Source: Parcubacteria bacterium C7867-001 (GTDB taxonomy: Bacteria > Patescibacteriota > Minisyncoccia > Phycocordibacterales > Phycocordibacteraceae). From it: 64,000 nt of DNA. Where the stretch lies: the NCBI GenBank assembly GCA_001189095.1, contig LFCK01000001.1, positions 253,159-317,158 of the forward strand, written 5' to 3'. Each line of letters starts with the position of its first letter. The first letter of the stretch is position 1. A program made the position numbers and the translations under genes. The notes below the pieces were generated by a model that worked only from the letters and a program-made list of their open reading frames with translations, did no database searches and was not told the origin of the DNA. Shown piece by piece: positions 1 to 12,368 of the stretch.

Positions 1-196
1 CCTATGACCTCACCAACATGGCAACGCTCGTTCGCTACCCACTTTTTCTTGCTGTCGTTGATATTGCTTGGGGAACCATCGCGTGGAGTATCGTTTCAGG
101 TGCTACCTACCTCGTCGCAACGCGGTTCTTCGGAATGTAATTGGTAAAGAGTAGTGCTTTTGGTATAGTCGGCCCCAGAAGAAAGGAGTTCGACCA

Positions 197-928
197 ATGA
201 GCGAACCAGAAAAGAAACCTTACCGGTTTGTGCTGACTGACCAAGCGCAATTTCAGAAGACGCTTGAAGACATCAAGGCTTCTGTGGGTGAGCGAACCGA
301 TCTTCTTGCGCAAGTCGAAAAGCTCGATGCGCGCATGAAGATGTATAACGGTGCACTCGCTCAAGCAGTGAAGGTCGGCGGACTAACCAGCGGTGATCCA
401 ATTCGGGATTTCGTTATCTCGAAAGGGCACGGCCTCAACCTCGATACTGAAAAACGCTATGCCGAGATTAACGCGGAGCTAGCTGGGAAAACTGGCGAAC
501 TCATGGCGTTCTTCCGATACCGAACGTATCGGACCTACGGTCCTAACGACAGCAACGAGACCTACGTGCAGTTCTGCATTGCGGTACTGCGCGACGATAA
601 GTTGAAAATGGCCTTAGGTACAAACTGTGCCTTGCCGATCGACTCGTATGTCATCTGCAAAGACTTTCTTCACCAGAAGGACTACGAACTGCAGCGGAGG
701 GTTCCCGAAGATGAATGGGTGACCTTCGAGGTCTTGAAAGATTGGGGCCACCCTCAGAAAGAGTGTCCGTCATTGGCGACGAACATCGCGCTCGTTGCGG
801 GGACGGACAAAGTTCGCTCCTTGTTCGCTTACGCTTATTTGACCATCGGCGAGGCCTCAAAAGCTTCAATGAAAATCGCCGAACGAGATGCGGGTTTGCT
901 CGAACTCGAAAGCGAAAAGTCAGAATGA
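197..928 (+). CDS. hypothetical protein (243 aa)
   Basis: Long ORF with protein-like composition; stop overlaps the start of the downstream aminotransferase (TGAATG). No recognisable motif. Confidence 0.45.
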   Translation: MSEPEKKPYRFVLTDQAQFQKTLEDIKASVGERTDLLAQVEKLDARMKMYNGALAQAVKVGGLTSGDPIRDFVISKGHGLNLDTEKRYAEINAELAGKTGELMAFFRYRTYRTYGPNDSNETYVQFCIAVLRDDKLKMALGTNCALPIDSYVICKDFLHQKDYELQRRVPEDEWVTFEVLKDWGHPQKECPSLATNIALVAGTDKVRSLFAYAYLTIGEASKASMKIAERDAGLLELESEKSE

Positions 929-2281
929 ATGCACGCCGCCCCGCAGGGGCGGCGTTTTCTTGCATGCTATATTTCGAAAATCATGCGCACCGAAATAGTC
1001 CATCCGGGAGCTGAAAAACTTCGTTACGAAATTCGCCAGATCGTAGCGATCGGCAAGCAAATTCAAGCGCTCGGCACCACTGTTGTCTGGGAGAATATCG
1101 GCGACCCCGTTGCAAAGGGCGAGCAAGTGCCGAGCTGGATAAAAGAGATTGTTCAGGAAACAGCAGCTGAAAACAGTAGTTTCGGTTACTCGCCGACCGC
1201 GGGACTCGACGAGACGCGCGCGTACATCGCCTACGAACGCAATTTGGAAGGCGGCATTCAGATAACTCCGGACGACATTCTCTTTTTCAACGGACTTGGT
1301 GACGGAATCAATAAGCTCTACTCGAACCTCCATCAGAACGCGCGTGTCATTGGACCAAATCCGGCATATCCGACCCACTCCTCAGCAGAGGCGGCGCACG
1401 CGGACGCCCCACACATTACCTATAAGCTCGACCCCGAGCGAAACTGGGAACCCGATCTCGAAGATCTCGAGCGGAAGGTCAAAGAAAACAAGAATATTGC
1501 GGCGATTATTATTATCAACCCCGATAACCCGACAGGGTTCGTCTATCCGCAGCAAACCCTCGCGAAAATCGTGAACATCGCACGTGAATATGGTCTTTTT
1601 GTTATCTCGGATGAGATTTATTCGAATCTTGCCTATAAAGATAGCGGTATGAAGAAACTTGCGTCGGTTATCGACGGCGTCCCCGGCATTGCGATGCGGG
1701 GCATCAGTAAAGAGTTCCCGTGGCCCGGCGCGCGCTGTGGCTGGATGGAATTCTATAATCGCGACAAAGACGAGCGTTTTGACGCGTACGCGCGCTCAAT
1801 CATCAACTCGAAGATGCTTGAGGTCTGCTCGACGACGCTTCCGCAGGCGGTCCTTCCGAAAGTAATGAAGGATGATCGCTATTATCCGTATCTTGCCGAG
1901 CGCGTAAAAGCATATGATGAAAAATCAAAGCACGCGGTAGAAACGCTTTCAAAAATTCCCGAAGTGCTCATTAATCCAGCGCGCGGTGCGTTCTACATGA
2001 CGCTCGTTTTCCGCAATGGGGCATTGAAAAACACTCAGAAGCTCGGTCTTTCGCCGGAAGCGGAAGCAGTGATCGCTCCATTCCTTGAACATGCATCGCT
2101 CGATCAACGCTTCGCGTATTACCTCCTTGCGGCGAAGGGAATCTGCGTCGTTCCGCTTTCGACCGGCTTCAATAGCGATCGAAGCGGTTTTCGCTTCACG
2201 CTTCTTGAGCCAGATCGCACGAAGTTTACTGCGTTAGTCGGAACGCTTCGCGATGCGGTTCAGGAATATTTGCGCTCATAA
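929..2281 (+). CDS. PLP-dependent aminotransferase, class I/II (alanine/aspartate aminotransferase-like)
   Basis: Translation shows aminotransferase I/II fold features and the PLP-lysine context GISKEF. An alternative ATG at 983 (MRTEIVHP...) may be the true start. Confidence 0.8.
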   Translation: MHAAPQGRRFLACYISKIMRTEIVHPGAEKLRYEIRQIVAIGKQIQALGTTVVWENIGDPVAKGEQVPSWIKEIVQETAAENSSFGYSPTAGLDETRAYIAYERNLEGGIQITPDDILFFNGLGDGINKLYSNLHQNARVIGPNPAYPTHSSAEAAHADAPHITYKLDPERNWEPDLEDLERKVKENKNIAAIIIINPDNPTGFVYPQQTLAKIVNIAREYGLFVISDEIYSNLAYKDSGMKKLASVIDGVPGIAMRGISKEFPWPGARCGWMEFYNRDKDERFDAYARSIINSKMLEVCSTTLPQAVLPKVMKDDRYYPYLAERVKAYDEKSKHAVETLSKIPEVLINPARGAFYMTLVFRNGALKNTQKLGLSPEAEAVIAPFLEHASLDQRFAYYLLAAKGICVVPLSTGFNSDRSGFRFTLLEPDRTKFTALVGTLRDAVQEYLRS

Positions 2282-2290
2282 AATATCAAA

Positions 2291-2318
2291 ACCCCCGAGC
2301 CAATGGCTCGGGGGTTTG
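2291..2318. terminator. bidirectional intrinsic terminator between convergent genes
   Basis: aaaacccccgagccaatggctcgggggtttgtt: GC hairpin flanked by A-run and T-run. Confidence 0.6.
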
Positions 2319-2319
2319 T

Positions 2320-2613
2320 TCACACGCCAGATTCAGGTTTGCGTTCTCCTGCTTTCGTTGGGTCCCCGCCAACAATGAACACATTACAGAGCTCCATGAG
2401 TTCGAGTGTAGGACAGCGACTTCCATCCCGTTTTGGAAAGTAGTGGTCCATATTCCCGCGGGTTGGCTCTAGCGAAAGGGCTGTGAGAATAAATTCCGCA
2501 TCGCTTGAGTCGAACAGGGAGGTGTCTTGTATCAGGTAGACGGTTCGCCCATGAATCCTTCGACTTATCGCCCAGCGTCCACCTTCGACTGGCATAAGGT
2601 ACTTGTCTGTCAT
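2320..2613 (-). CDS. hypothetical protein (97 aa)
   Basis: Protein-like minus-strand ORF ending exactly at the bidirectional terminator; no motif recognised. Confidence 0.35.
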   Translation of the reverse strand: MTDKYLMPVEGGRWAISRRIHGRTVYLIQDTSLFDSSDAEFILTALSLEPTRGNMDHYFPKRDGSRCPTLELMELCNVFIVGGDPTKAGERKPESGV

Positions 2614-2804
2614 CGTTCTCTCCTAAAACGAACGGAGCCCGCATCTGGCGGGCTCCGGTTCAGATATTTCTTTGAGGAGAATCATCCAAAACGCAACCCA
2701 CCACGCGGGCTCGTTAGGACGACGACATTCTGTGCGAACGAATTCATCTGCTCATTTAATCACTTCATGCACATTTGTAAACTGCTCCGCCATAGACAGG
2801 GAGA

Positions 2805-3317
2805 ATGCATAAGTGCTACGGTCAACGTATGAAAGCGAAGGAGCAGCCGACACACATTGAGCGCATTGTTGCGTGGACAGGTTCCGTACCTTCGCTCGTT
2901 GTGCATACGGTAGCGTTTGCAGGAGCGTTCGCATTCGGACTATGGGGAGCGGCGTCATGGGATACAGTGCTGCTCGTTCTTACAACTATCGTCTCGCTCG
3001 AAGCGATTTATCTTTCGCTGCTCATTCAAATTACCGTAAATCGACAAGCGCAGTCTATTAAGGAGATTGAGGAAGATATCGAAGAAGTGCAGGAAGACGT
3101 CGAGGAGATCAGCGAGGACATCGACGAGCTTCAGGAAGACGTGGAAGAAATGTCGGAAGATGTTGAAGAAATGCAGGAAGACATCGAGGAGATGACCGAG
3201 GAGGAACAAGAAGCGGACGCAATCGAAAAGCAGCACACCGCAAATCTCGAGCAGCTCACGCAGGACGTGAAAAAACTCCTGCTTGACCTTGAAGCGCTGA
3301 AAGCAGAGAAGAAATAA
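2805..3317 (+). CDS. membrane protein with two TM helices and a highly acidic heptad-repeat C-terminal tail (DUF1003-like)
   Basis: GGGAGA RBS 5 nt upstream. N-terminal hydrophobic segments, then six EDxEExQ/S repeats encoded by 21-bp tandem repeats. Confidence 0.6.
   Translation: MHKCYGQRMKAKEQPTHIERIVAWTGSVPSLVVHTVAFAGAFAFGLWGAASWDTVLLVLTTIVSLEAIYLSLLIQITVNRQAQSIKEIEEDIEEVQEDVEEISEDIDELQEDVEEMSEDVEEMQEDIEEMTEEEQEADAIEKQHTANLEQLTQDVKKLLLDLEALKAEKK
3067..3192 (+). repeat. 6 x 21-bp imperfect in-frame tandem repeat (gaagayrtcgargarrtsnns)
   Basis: Read directly: gaagatatcgaagaagtgcag / gaagacgtcgaggagatcagc / gaggacatcgacgagcttcag / gaagacgtggaagaaatgtcg / gaagatgttgaagaaatgcag / gaagacatcgaggagatgacc. 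Confidence 0.8.
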
Positions 3318-3387
3318 TCCCGCGCACGTCTTGCGAGCGAGCGCTTTTTCGTGGTATCACATAGTGTTCGAAAAGGAGAAAAGAAAA

Positions 3388-3684
3388 ATGGGAAGTCCCA
3401 TTGCAGATGCTCGGTTTCAAAGTGTTTGGTCACGGAGAAATGATCCCGTGCACCTACCGACAGCAGCCGAACGTGCGGCCGCAGAAGAGCGCAAGCTCGT
3501 CGACCGGCAAGAAGCAGCGCTTCGCACAAGCCTCAGAAGCCAGTTCGCCGTCGACGATCCGGTAACAACCATGGATGGTCGACACGGCACCATTTCCTTC
3601 ATTACGAAGAATGGCTGCGCGACCGTTCTTTTCAAAAAAGGAAAACCGGAGAGTCATTCGCTCACGGTACTCACCAAACGGTGA
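3388..3684 (+). CDS. hypothetical small protein (98 aa)
   Basis: AAAAGGAGAA RBS 7 nt upstream of ATG 3388; followed by a terminator. Confidence 0.45.
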   Translation: MGSPIADARFQSVWSRRNDPVHLPTAAERAAAEERKLVDRQEAALRTSLRSQFAVDDPVTTMDGRHGTISFITKNGCATVLFKKGKPESHSLTVLTKR

Positions 3685-3698
3685 ATTAATTCTTGAAT

Positions 3699-3735
3699 CA
3701 ACGAAGCCCGCCGAGAATCGGCGGGCTTTATTTTT
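3699..3735. terminator. bidirectional intrinsic terminator
   Basis: gaagcccgccgagaatcggcgggctttatttttcc. Confidence 0.6.
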
Positions 3736-3970
3736 CCTCGCCGCGCAAATCCTCGACGACGTCCTCGTACGCATTTTCTACGCGATCCTTTACGTCGGCG
3801 ACTTTTTCCTCGGTTTTCTCTTTAACCGATTCAAACCATTTCTCCATCTTTTTCCGTCGCTGCTGGCCTTCTGGGCCGTAGAGGAAGAAGCTGCCGATGG
3901 TTGCCGTAACAGCGGCGCCAAGAAGGAATCCGAGTGCTGTGTTCTCTCCAGAGTGGTGGTGCTTATGCAT
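3728..3970 (-). CDS. YtxH-like general stress protein (80 aa)
   Basis: MHKHHHSGENTALGFLLGAAVTATIGSFFLYGPEGQQRRKKMEKWFESVKEKTEEKVADVKDRVE: G-rich TM segment plus K/E-rich coiled tail typical of the YtxH family. Start chosen at the internal ATG 3970. Confidence 0.55.
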   Translation of the reverse strand: MHKHHHSGENTALGFLLGAAVTATIGSFFLYGPEGQQRRKKMEKWFESVKEKTEEKVADVKDRVENAYEDVVEDLRGEEK

Positions 3971-3983
3971 AAGGGTGTTTTGT

Positions 3984-4298
3984 TTATTTTCTGCCGGTAA
4001 AGAATTCACGAACAGCAATGAACGGTATCCTGCTTGCAAAACGTATGACACGCATTGCCTGCTTGCGTCCGCGGGCGAACAAGCCGATTTCCGCACGCAC
4101 TTCTTCCGCGAGACTGCGTAGCGCTTGCGCTGCTTTAATCGCGTGATACGCGACGGCAACAGAGGCGATCGTTACGACAATCACGCCTGTTGCCGTGATC
4201 GCGAAAAAAGTTTGCAAGAGATGCGAATCCGTCACAGAGGTAACTCTACCGAAGGGGTAGTGAAGGCTGCATGAGCGTCTTTCAAAGAAGATTGACAA
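3984..4298 (-). CDS. DUF948-like membrane protein (TM helix + coiled coil)
   Basis: TTG start. Single TM followed by KAAQALRSLAEEVRAEIG. Lies 13 bp upstream of the YtxH-like gene, resembling the Bacillus ytxG-ytxH arrangement. Confidence 0.4.
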   Translation of the reverse strand: MSIFFERRSCSLHYPFGRVTSVTDSHLLQTFFAITATGVIVVTIASVAVAYHAIKAAQALRSLAEEVRAEIGLFARGRKQAMRVIRFASRIPFIAVREFFTGRK

Positions 4299-4380
4299 AT
4301 ACTGAATTTATAGTTTATAATTAAACTTAGACGTTCTGCGGTTCGGATGTTCCGGACCGCAGAGCGCAGGAGGCACTCAA

Positions 4381-5217
4381 ATGCATCTTGAAGATCAACG
4401 TATTTGCTCGCATGCGAGCAAAAGTGCGCTCGGGCTCATCGAGATCCGCTACGAAGCGGGGTTATCGAAAAACCGGTTGCCGTATCACAGTCGTTGGCAT
4501 ACCGAAAGCGTGATTCGTCGCGCTGCAATGATCGCTGATGCAATTTGCGTCGACGATCGTTCAAAAATGCTCGCTCATGTCGCGGCAGCTTTCCACGACG
4601 TCGTTCACGAGCGTGGCGCACCTCAAGGCGAGAATGAATGGCAGTCGGTCGTCGACTTCCAGTTCTGGGTCCCTTCGCTTGCGCTCATTGAAGCCAAGCT
4701 TTCGGATGCCGAGCAAGCGCTCGTCAAAGAAGCGATTCTCGCGACCAGTGTGTCGTGGAGTGCTGAGCACCAGACGATCATTCAGCCAAATCTCATGCCG
4801 GACTCGGATCCGGTAGTGCGAGCGGTTGCGATGGCCGATATCGGGAGCCCCGGCATGGAGCCGGACGATTTCGAGAAAGGCAGCGATCTTCTGTTCGCAG
4901 AACGCGAGACAGATATTATGCTGGCGCTCGAACTTTCCGATGGTCAGGACTGGGTTCCGAAGCCGCTGCAGAATGAGTATATTGCCCGCTACGTGAAGTG
5001 GAAGGAAACGCAGCTTTTGTTCGCGAAGAGCCGCAAGGCACTTTTCGAAACGGAGCTCGGCAACCTTGCTGACGGCCGCAATCGAATGCGAGCGCTATTC
5101 TCCCACTTCGACGAATCGATCGATATTGCGGACAATCACGTCTTGCGTGCTCGGACGATTCGTTTCGACGAGCTCGCGGCGCTCCTTATGCCGAACAAGT
5201 TCTCGGCTGAGGCGTAA
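4381..5217 (+). CDS. HD-domain phosphohydrolase
   Basis: AGGAGG RBS 8 nt upstream; H...HD motif (YHSRWHTESV ... AAAFHDVVHE). Confidence 0.65.
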   Translation: MHLEDQRICSHASKSALGLIEIRYEAGLSKNRLPYHSRWHTESVIRRAAMIADAICVDDRSKMLAHVAAAFHDVVHERGAPQGENEWQSVVDFQFWVPSLALIEAKLSDAEQALVKEAILATSVSWSAEHQTIIQPNLMPDSDPVVRAVAMADIGSPGMEPDDFEKGSDLLFAERETDIMLALELSDGQDWVPKPLQNEYIARYVKWKETQLLFAKSRKALFETELGNLADGRNRMRALFSHFDESIDIADNHVLRARTIRFDELAALLMPNKFSAEA

Positions 5218-5233
5218 TCGTCCCGCAAGTAAA

Positions 5234-5268
5234 TGCAGAAACCCCGCGCCAAAGGCGCGGGGTTTTTC
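5234..5268. terminator. bidirectional intrinsic terminator
   Basis: gaaaccccgcgccaaaggcgcggggtttttcttt. Confidence 0.65.
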
Positions 5269-5269
5269 T

Positions 5270-6163
5270 TTATCCATACCGGTAGGCAGTCACTTTCTTG
5301 AAGCCATACCGCAGGACATGGACCATGATGTCGTAGAGAGCGTGCACGATGATCGCGACGAAGATGCCGTAGTTCACGGTCGCAAACATGAGGACGCATC
5401 CTGCGTACCATGAGTTCACGGCCCCCAAGAGGCCTTGGTATTTGTGGCCATCTCGGAACCAGGCGTTCGCCGCAAACATTCCTATGATGAGCATGGCAGG
5501 CTCTTTTCCGTAGAACACGGGATGCATGAGCTTGAGTGTCATGAAGTCCGCGATTGGATACAGGATGTTCTTGTAGATGAAGAACACCGGATCGTGGTTC
5601 AGCTTGAACACCGCCCAAACGACGAGCGCTGCGAGCCCTGTGAGGAGCAGGCGCCCGAGGAATGGTGCATCCATGTTTCGCAGGAAGAGCGAGATGAAGA
5701 AAATTACCCCGAGGCCAGCCGCAATAACGGCGACGACCCAGCCTGCAACACCCCAGAACCAATTGAAGACGACGAGCAGCAGCATGGCGTACATGACGCC
5801 GATGCCGCGGAACCACGCCTCTTCAAGGACACCTGCGCTCACCGAGCGAAACATTCCCTCGACGAGCAGTCCTTCATCTTGCGACGGACGACTGTCTGAA
5901 AGTGTATCGGGCTTGAAGATATAGATTGCGCAGGACAAGCCCGCCCCACAGGCCAACAACGGCCAGAACCGGAGCACGTCGTGCGTCCAGTCCTTCGACA
6001 GATACAGGTAGGGGTAGATGAAGAATGTCGGCCAGAAGTGATGGAGCACAAGCGCCCCAAGACCGCCGAACACGCAGAGAAGCAGCAAGAGAATTTTGAC
6101 TGCCCAAACATTCACCAGCCGCTCGGTTTCTTGATCTCCTTCGAGATCGTCTTTGACGCTCAT
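5270..6163 (-). CDS. CPBP-family intramembrane metalloprotease (CAAX protease/Abi-like)
   Basis: Multi-TM protein carrying the three CPBP motifs: EEAWFR (EExxxR), FRDGH (FxxxH) and HALYD (HxxxD). Confidence 0.75.
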   Translation of the reverse strand: MSVKDDLEGDQETERLVNVWAVKILLLLLCVFGGLGALVLHHFWPTFFIYPYLYLSKDWTHDVLRFWPLLACGAGLSCAIYIFKPDTLSDSRPSQDEGLLVEGMFRSVSAGVLEEAWFRGIGVMYAMLLLVVFNWFWGVAGWVVAVIAAGLGVIFFISLFLRNMDAPFLGRLLLTGLAALVVWAVFKLNHDPVFFIYKNILYPIADFMTLKLMHPVFYGKEPAMLIIGMFAANAWFRDGHKYQGLLGAVNSWYAGCVLMFATVNYGIFVAIIVHALYDIMVHVLRYGFKKVTAYRYG

Positions 6164-6268
6164 TGAGCACCTCCAAAAGATCAGTTGATGCTGAAAGCAT
6201 TTAAATACACTTATACTATTTGGTCAAATTCTCTGCATACTCGAGCTGTTTTATGCTACAGTTCATCC

Positions 6269-7364
<1,096 letters not shown>

Positions 7365-7386
7365 AGCACTGCTTTCTCGGTAACGT

Positions 7387-7836
7387 ATGGAATCAGTCTT
7401 AGGAGTCTTCGGCATCGACTGGCATCTCTTGTTCGCGCAAGGGGTGAACTTCCTCGTACTCGTTGCGCTTTTGACGTGGCTTCTCTATAAGCCGGTCTTG
7501 AAAATCGTCCGCGAACGCGAGGCGGTGATCGCAAAGGGCGTTGAGGATGCGGAAGCGGCGCAGGCCAAGCTCGCTGAGGCGGATACCGAGGTGCGCTCAA
7601 AACTCGTTACTGCTGAAACGGAAGCTGAGCGCGTGGTCGCAACAGCACGTGAAGCAGCGAATGAAGAAAAGGCGCGTATCGTAAGCGATGCGAATGCTCG
7701 TGCTGCTGCGGCGCTCGCCGACAGCGAGGCACGCGCAAAAGAAGCGGCAGCGAAAGCGCTTCGTGACTCTGAAAAGGAGATCGCACGTCTTTCCGTGCTT
7801 GCTGCAGAAAAAGTCCTTCGAGAGAAGGCGAAATAA
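7387..7836 (+). CDS. atpF: F0F1 ATP synthase subunit b
   Basis: N-terminal TM followed by a long A/E/K-rich coiled coil; position in the operon. Confidence 0.8.
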   Translation: MESVLGVFGIDWHLLFAQGVNFLVLVALLTWLLYKPVLKIVREREAVIAKGVEDAEAAQAKLAEADTEVRSKLVTAETEAERVVATAREAANEEKARIVSDANARAAAALADSEARAKEAAAKALRDSEKEIARLSVLAAEKVLREKAK

Positions 7837-7838
7837 TC

Positions 7839-8204
7839 ATGGAAAAGGAGTACGCGCACGCTATCGCTCGATCGCTTACGGCCGGAGCTGATGAAAAGAA
7901 GCTCTTCGATGGTCTTATGCGTCACCTGAAGAGCGTTGGTCGCGTGAAGCTCCTTCCAAGAATTCTTCGCGAGTTGAAACGAGATCTCGTTCGTGCGAGC
8001 GCACACGCGCCGCACGTCGAAGCTGCTTCTGAGGACGATGCTGCTGCAGCGAAGAAAGCAGCTGCGAGCGTTGGTATTGCCGTGAAGAAAGTCGAAGTGA
8101 ATCCATCGCTCATCATGGGCTGGCGCGCTCGTCTCGGGAGTTCGCTCGTCGATGTGTCGGCGAAACGTGCGCTCATAGATATTTATCGGAACATTACAAA
8201 CTAG
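7839..8204 (+). CDS. atpH: F0F1 ATP synthase subunit delta (short, 121 aa)
   Basis: C-terminus LIMGWRARLGSSLVDVSAKRALIDIYRNI matches the delta/OSCP C-terminal motif; position between b and alpha. Confidence 0.7.
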   Translation: MEKEYAHAIARSLTAGADEKKLFDGLMRHLKSVGRVKLLPRILRELKRDLVRASAHAPHVEAASEDDAAAAKKAAASVGIAVKKVEVNPSLIMGWRARLGSSLVDVSAKRALIDIYRNITN

Positions 8205-8206
8205 GT

Positions 8207-9754
8207 ATGGAGAGCATTATCAAGAAAATCGAAGAAGAAATCGCAGGGTTCGCACCGAAAGGCGGCAGCGAAGAAGTAGGCATCGTGCGCGCAGCTGGCG
8301 ACGGCATCGCGGAAATCGATGGCCTCGATAACGCGGTCATGAACGAAATGGTGCTGTTCGATCCGACGTTCGACCGAACGCTCGAAGAGGCGCTTAAGGA
8401 CGATACGCAGGTATACGGCCTCGTCTTGAACCTTGAAGAGGACGGTGTTCGCGCCGTCATTCTCGGTGATGCCACCAAAGTGTACGAAGGTATGCTCGTG
8501 CGCCGTCTCGGACGCTTGCTCTCCATCCCTGTCGGTGATTCGCTCATCGGACGCGTCGTCAATCCTCTCGGAGAACCGGTTGACGGAAAGGGTCCGCTCG
8601 CAAAGACGGTCTTGAAGCCGATTGAGCGCGAAGCATACGGCGTGATGGATCGTGCGCCGGTGAAGCAGCCGCTTCACACGGGCATTAAGTCAATTGACGC
8701 GATGATTCCGATTGGTCGTGGTCAGCGCGAGCTCATCATCGGTGACCGCGGAACCGGAAAGACCACCGTCGTTATCGACGCCATCATCAATCAGAAATCA
8801 GAGCCGGTAGAAACGCGCCCTATTTGCGTGTATGTCGCTATCGGCCAGAAGGAAAGCAAGACGGCGAAGCTTGTTGCCGAGCTCGAAGCGCGCGGCGCGA
8901 TGGAGTATTCCGTGGTCGTCACAGCCTCTGCGTCGAGTCCAGCAGCCTTCCAGTATCTCGCACCGTTTGCGGGTGCAACCATCGGCGAATTCTTCATGGA
9001 CGCAGGGAAGGACGCGCTCGTCGTGTACGACGACCTTTCTAAACAGGCAGTCGCGTACCGCCAGATGTCGCTCCTCCTTCGTCGCCCGCCAGGTCGTGAA
9101 GCGTATCCGGGCGATGTGTTCTACCTCCACTCCCGTCTTCTTGAGCGCGCAGCAAAGCTTTCGCCTGAAAAGGGCGGCGGCTCCTTGACCGCGCTTCCTA
9201 TTATTGAGACGCAGGACAACGATATCTCGGCGTACATTCCGACGAACGTGATTTCCATTACGGACGGTCAGATGTTCCTTGAGACGAACCTCTTTAACCA
9301 AGGCTTCCGTCCAGCTATCAACGTCGGTAACTCAGTGTCTCGCGTGGGTTCCGCAGCTCAGACCAAGGCGATGAAGAAGGTTGCTGGAAAGATTAAGCTC
9401 GAACTCGCGCAGTTCCGCGAACTCGAAGCCTTCATGCAATTTTCTTCGGACCTCGATGCAGAAACCAAAAAGCGCATCGATTCCGGTAAGCGCATGACGG
9501 AAATCTTGAAGCAGAAGAACGGCGAGCCGATTCCGTTTGAGCTTGAAGCAGCAATCATCTTCGCTGCAACGAACGGCTACTTCGATTCGTTCGCTCCGGA
9601 AAAGACAGCGGCAGAAGAGGAAAAAATGCAGGACTTCCTTCGCCGCGAAGCAAACGATGTGCTTGAAGAAATAAAGTCGTCGAAAGAAATCGGCGAGGAT
9701 ACGGAGAAGAAGCTCCGTTCTGCGCTCGAGAAGTTCGTCGCGCGCGCTTCCTAA
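8207..9754 (+). CDS. atpA: F0F1 ATP synthase subunit alpha
   Basis: Walker [10 protein letters not shown]; full-length alpha similarity. Confidence 0.95.
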   Translation: MESIIKKIEEEIAGFAPKGGSEEVGIVRAAGDGIAEIDGLDNAVMNEMVLFDPTFDRTLEEALKDDTQVYGLVLNLEEDGVRAVILGDATKVYEGMLVRRLGRLLSIPVGDSLIGRVVNPLGEPVDGKGPLAKTVLKPIEREAYGVMDRAPVKQPLHTGIKSIDAMIPIGRGQRELIIGDRGTGKTTVVIDAIINQKSEPVETRPICVYVAIGQKESKTAKLVAELEARGAMEYSVVVTASASSPAAFQYLAPFAGATIGEFFMDAGKDALVVYDDLSKQAVAYRQMSLLLRRPPGREAYPGDVFYLHSRLLERAAKLSPEKGGGSLTALPIIETQDNDISAYIPTNVISITDGQMFLETNLFNQGFRPAINVGNSVSRVGSAAQTKAMKKVAGKIKLELAQFRELEAFMQFSSDLDAETKKRIDSGKRMTEILKQKNGEPIPFELEAAIIFAATNGYFDSFAPEKTAAEEEKMQDFLRREANDVLEEIKSSKEIGEDTEKKLRSALEKFVARAS

Positions 9755-9760
9755 TCAACA

Positions 9761-10669
9761 ATGGCGCTAAAAGACATTAAAAACAAAATAGCTTCGACCA
9801 ATCGCACGCATAAAGTGACGCGTGCGATGGAAGCGGTGTCGGCGGTGAAGATGCGTAATACGCAGCAGGCAGCGTTCAAAGGGCGTCCGTACGCTCGCGC
9901 AGCGCTTTCTATCCTTGCGCGTCTCTCGGGAAGTGCGGATCTCAAAAAGCATCCGCTTACGCAAGTGCGTCCAGTAAAAAAGACTGCGCTGGTCGTCATG
10001 ACGAGCGATAAGGGTCTTGCCGGTGGCCTCAACTCGGGCGTCATCAAGGCAGCACAGCGAGAAATCGGCGAGAAGAAAAAGGAAGAGGTCGTTATCTTCG
10101 CGTATGGCCGCAAAGGCGAGGAATATTTCTCGCGCCGCGGCTACACAATTGCAAAAGCGATAGAGAATAAGCGCGACGACATTCCGCTTTCGGTGATGGA
10201 AGAGCTTTCTCGCGAGCTTTCAGCGGGCTTCCTTGCGGGAGACTACGATGAAGTGAAGGCTGCTTACAGCAACTTCAAATCGACCTTCGAGCAGATTCCA
10301 ACACTCCGCCCGCTACTTCCGCTTTCGGTTGAAGCGGTTGCGGAACTCGTGAAGGATATTCAGCCTATTAAAGGAAAGTGGGCGGAGCAGGCACCTATCG
10401 AATCGCCTTCAGCGTATGAAGTCGAGCCGTCGGGTGAGGAAGTACTCGGCGTGCTCATCCCGAAGCTTGTCGCCGTATCGCTCTACCACATGCTGCTGGA
10501 AGGGAAGGCGTCTGAGCATTCAGCTCGCATGGTCGCGATGAAGAATGCGTCGGATAAATCGAAGGAGGTCGCGCATAACTTCACCCGCCTTTACAACAAG
10601 ATCCGTCAGGCCGCGATTACTCGCGAAGTGTCGGAAATTGTGTCAGGCCGCGAAGCGCTTGCTTCATAA
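9761..10669 (+). CDS. atpG: F0F1 ATP synthase subunit gamma
   Basis: N-terminus MALKDIKNKIASTNRTHKVTRAMEAVSAVKMR is the gamma signature. Confidence 0.9.
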   Translation: MALKDIKNKIASTNRTHKVTRAMEAVSAVKMRNTQQAAFKGRPYARAALSILARLSGSADLKKHPLTQVRPVKKTALVVMTSDKGLAGGLNSGVIKAAQREIGEKKKEEVVIFAYGRKGEEYFSRRGYTIAKAIENKRDDIPLSVMEELSRELSAGFLAGDYDEVKAAYSNFKSTFEQIPTLRPLLPLSVEAVAELVKDIQPIKGKWAEQAPIESPSAYEVEPSGEEVLGVLIPKLVAVSLYHMLLEGKASEHSARMVAMKNASDKSKEVAHNFTRLYNKIRQAAITREVSEIVSGREALAS

Positions 10670-10676
10670 TTAGTAA

Positions 10677-12074
<1,398 letters not shown>

Positions 12075-12076
12075 CG

Positions 12077-12325
12077 ATGAGTAAGACCTTTCATCTCACC
12101 ATTGCGCGCGTCGGAGAAAATCTCTTCGACGGGGAAGCGGTATCGGTTGAACTCCCCGGCAAGGATGGAGCGTTTACGGTACTTGCAGATCATGAAGCTT
12201 TCGTAACGCCGCTTAAGGCCGGCGAAGCCGTGGTAAAGGTCGCTGAAGGAAAGTCTGAGCGCATTTCTATTCAGGAAGGAGGCATCGCTGAAGTCTCAAA
12301 GAACCAAACGACGGTTTTGCTCTAA
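12077..12325 (+). CDS. atpC: F0F1 ATP synthase subunit epsilon (short, beta-sandwich domain only)
   Basis: 82 aa; the N-terminal domain resembles epsilon; last gene of the operon. Confidence 0.8.
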   Translation: MSKTFHLTIARVGENLFDGEAVSVELPGKDGAFTVLADHEAFVTPLKAGEAVVKVAEGKSERISIQEGGIAEVSKNQTTVLL

Positions 12326-12368
12326 TCCACACACCCACACACGGGGAGGTCTGAGCTCGTTATACTGA

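Noticed and set aside
2527-2832. 101-aa plus-strand ORF overlapping the 2320-2613 minus-strand ORF
   Set aside because: Composition is less protein-like and there are no translation signals. The minus-strand ORF, which ends at the bidirectional terminator, is preferred, though it too is low-confidence.
3067-3192. Regular 21-bp repeats considered as a possible CRISPR array
   Set aside because: The repeats are directly adjacent without spacers, are in-frame within a coding sequence, and no cas genes are nearby. They are a coding tandem repeat.
6185-6268. Upstream extension of atpB (ORF track start 6185)
   Set aside because: The extension encodes a low-complexity, non-conserved N-terminus. ATG 6269 gives a typical subunit-a N-terminus, so it is used.
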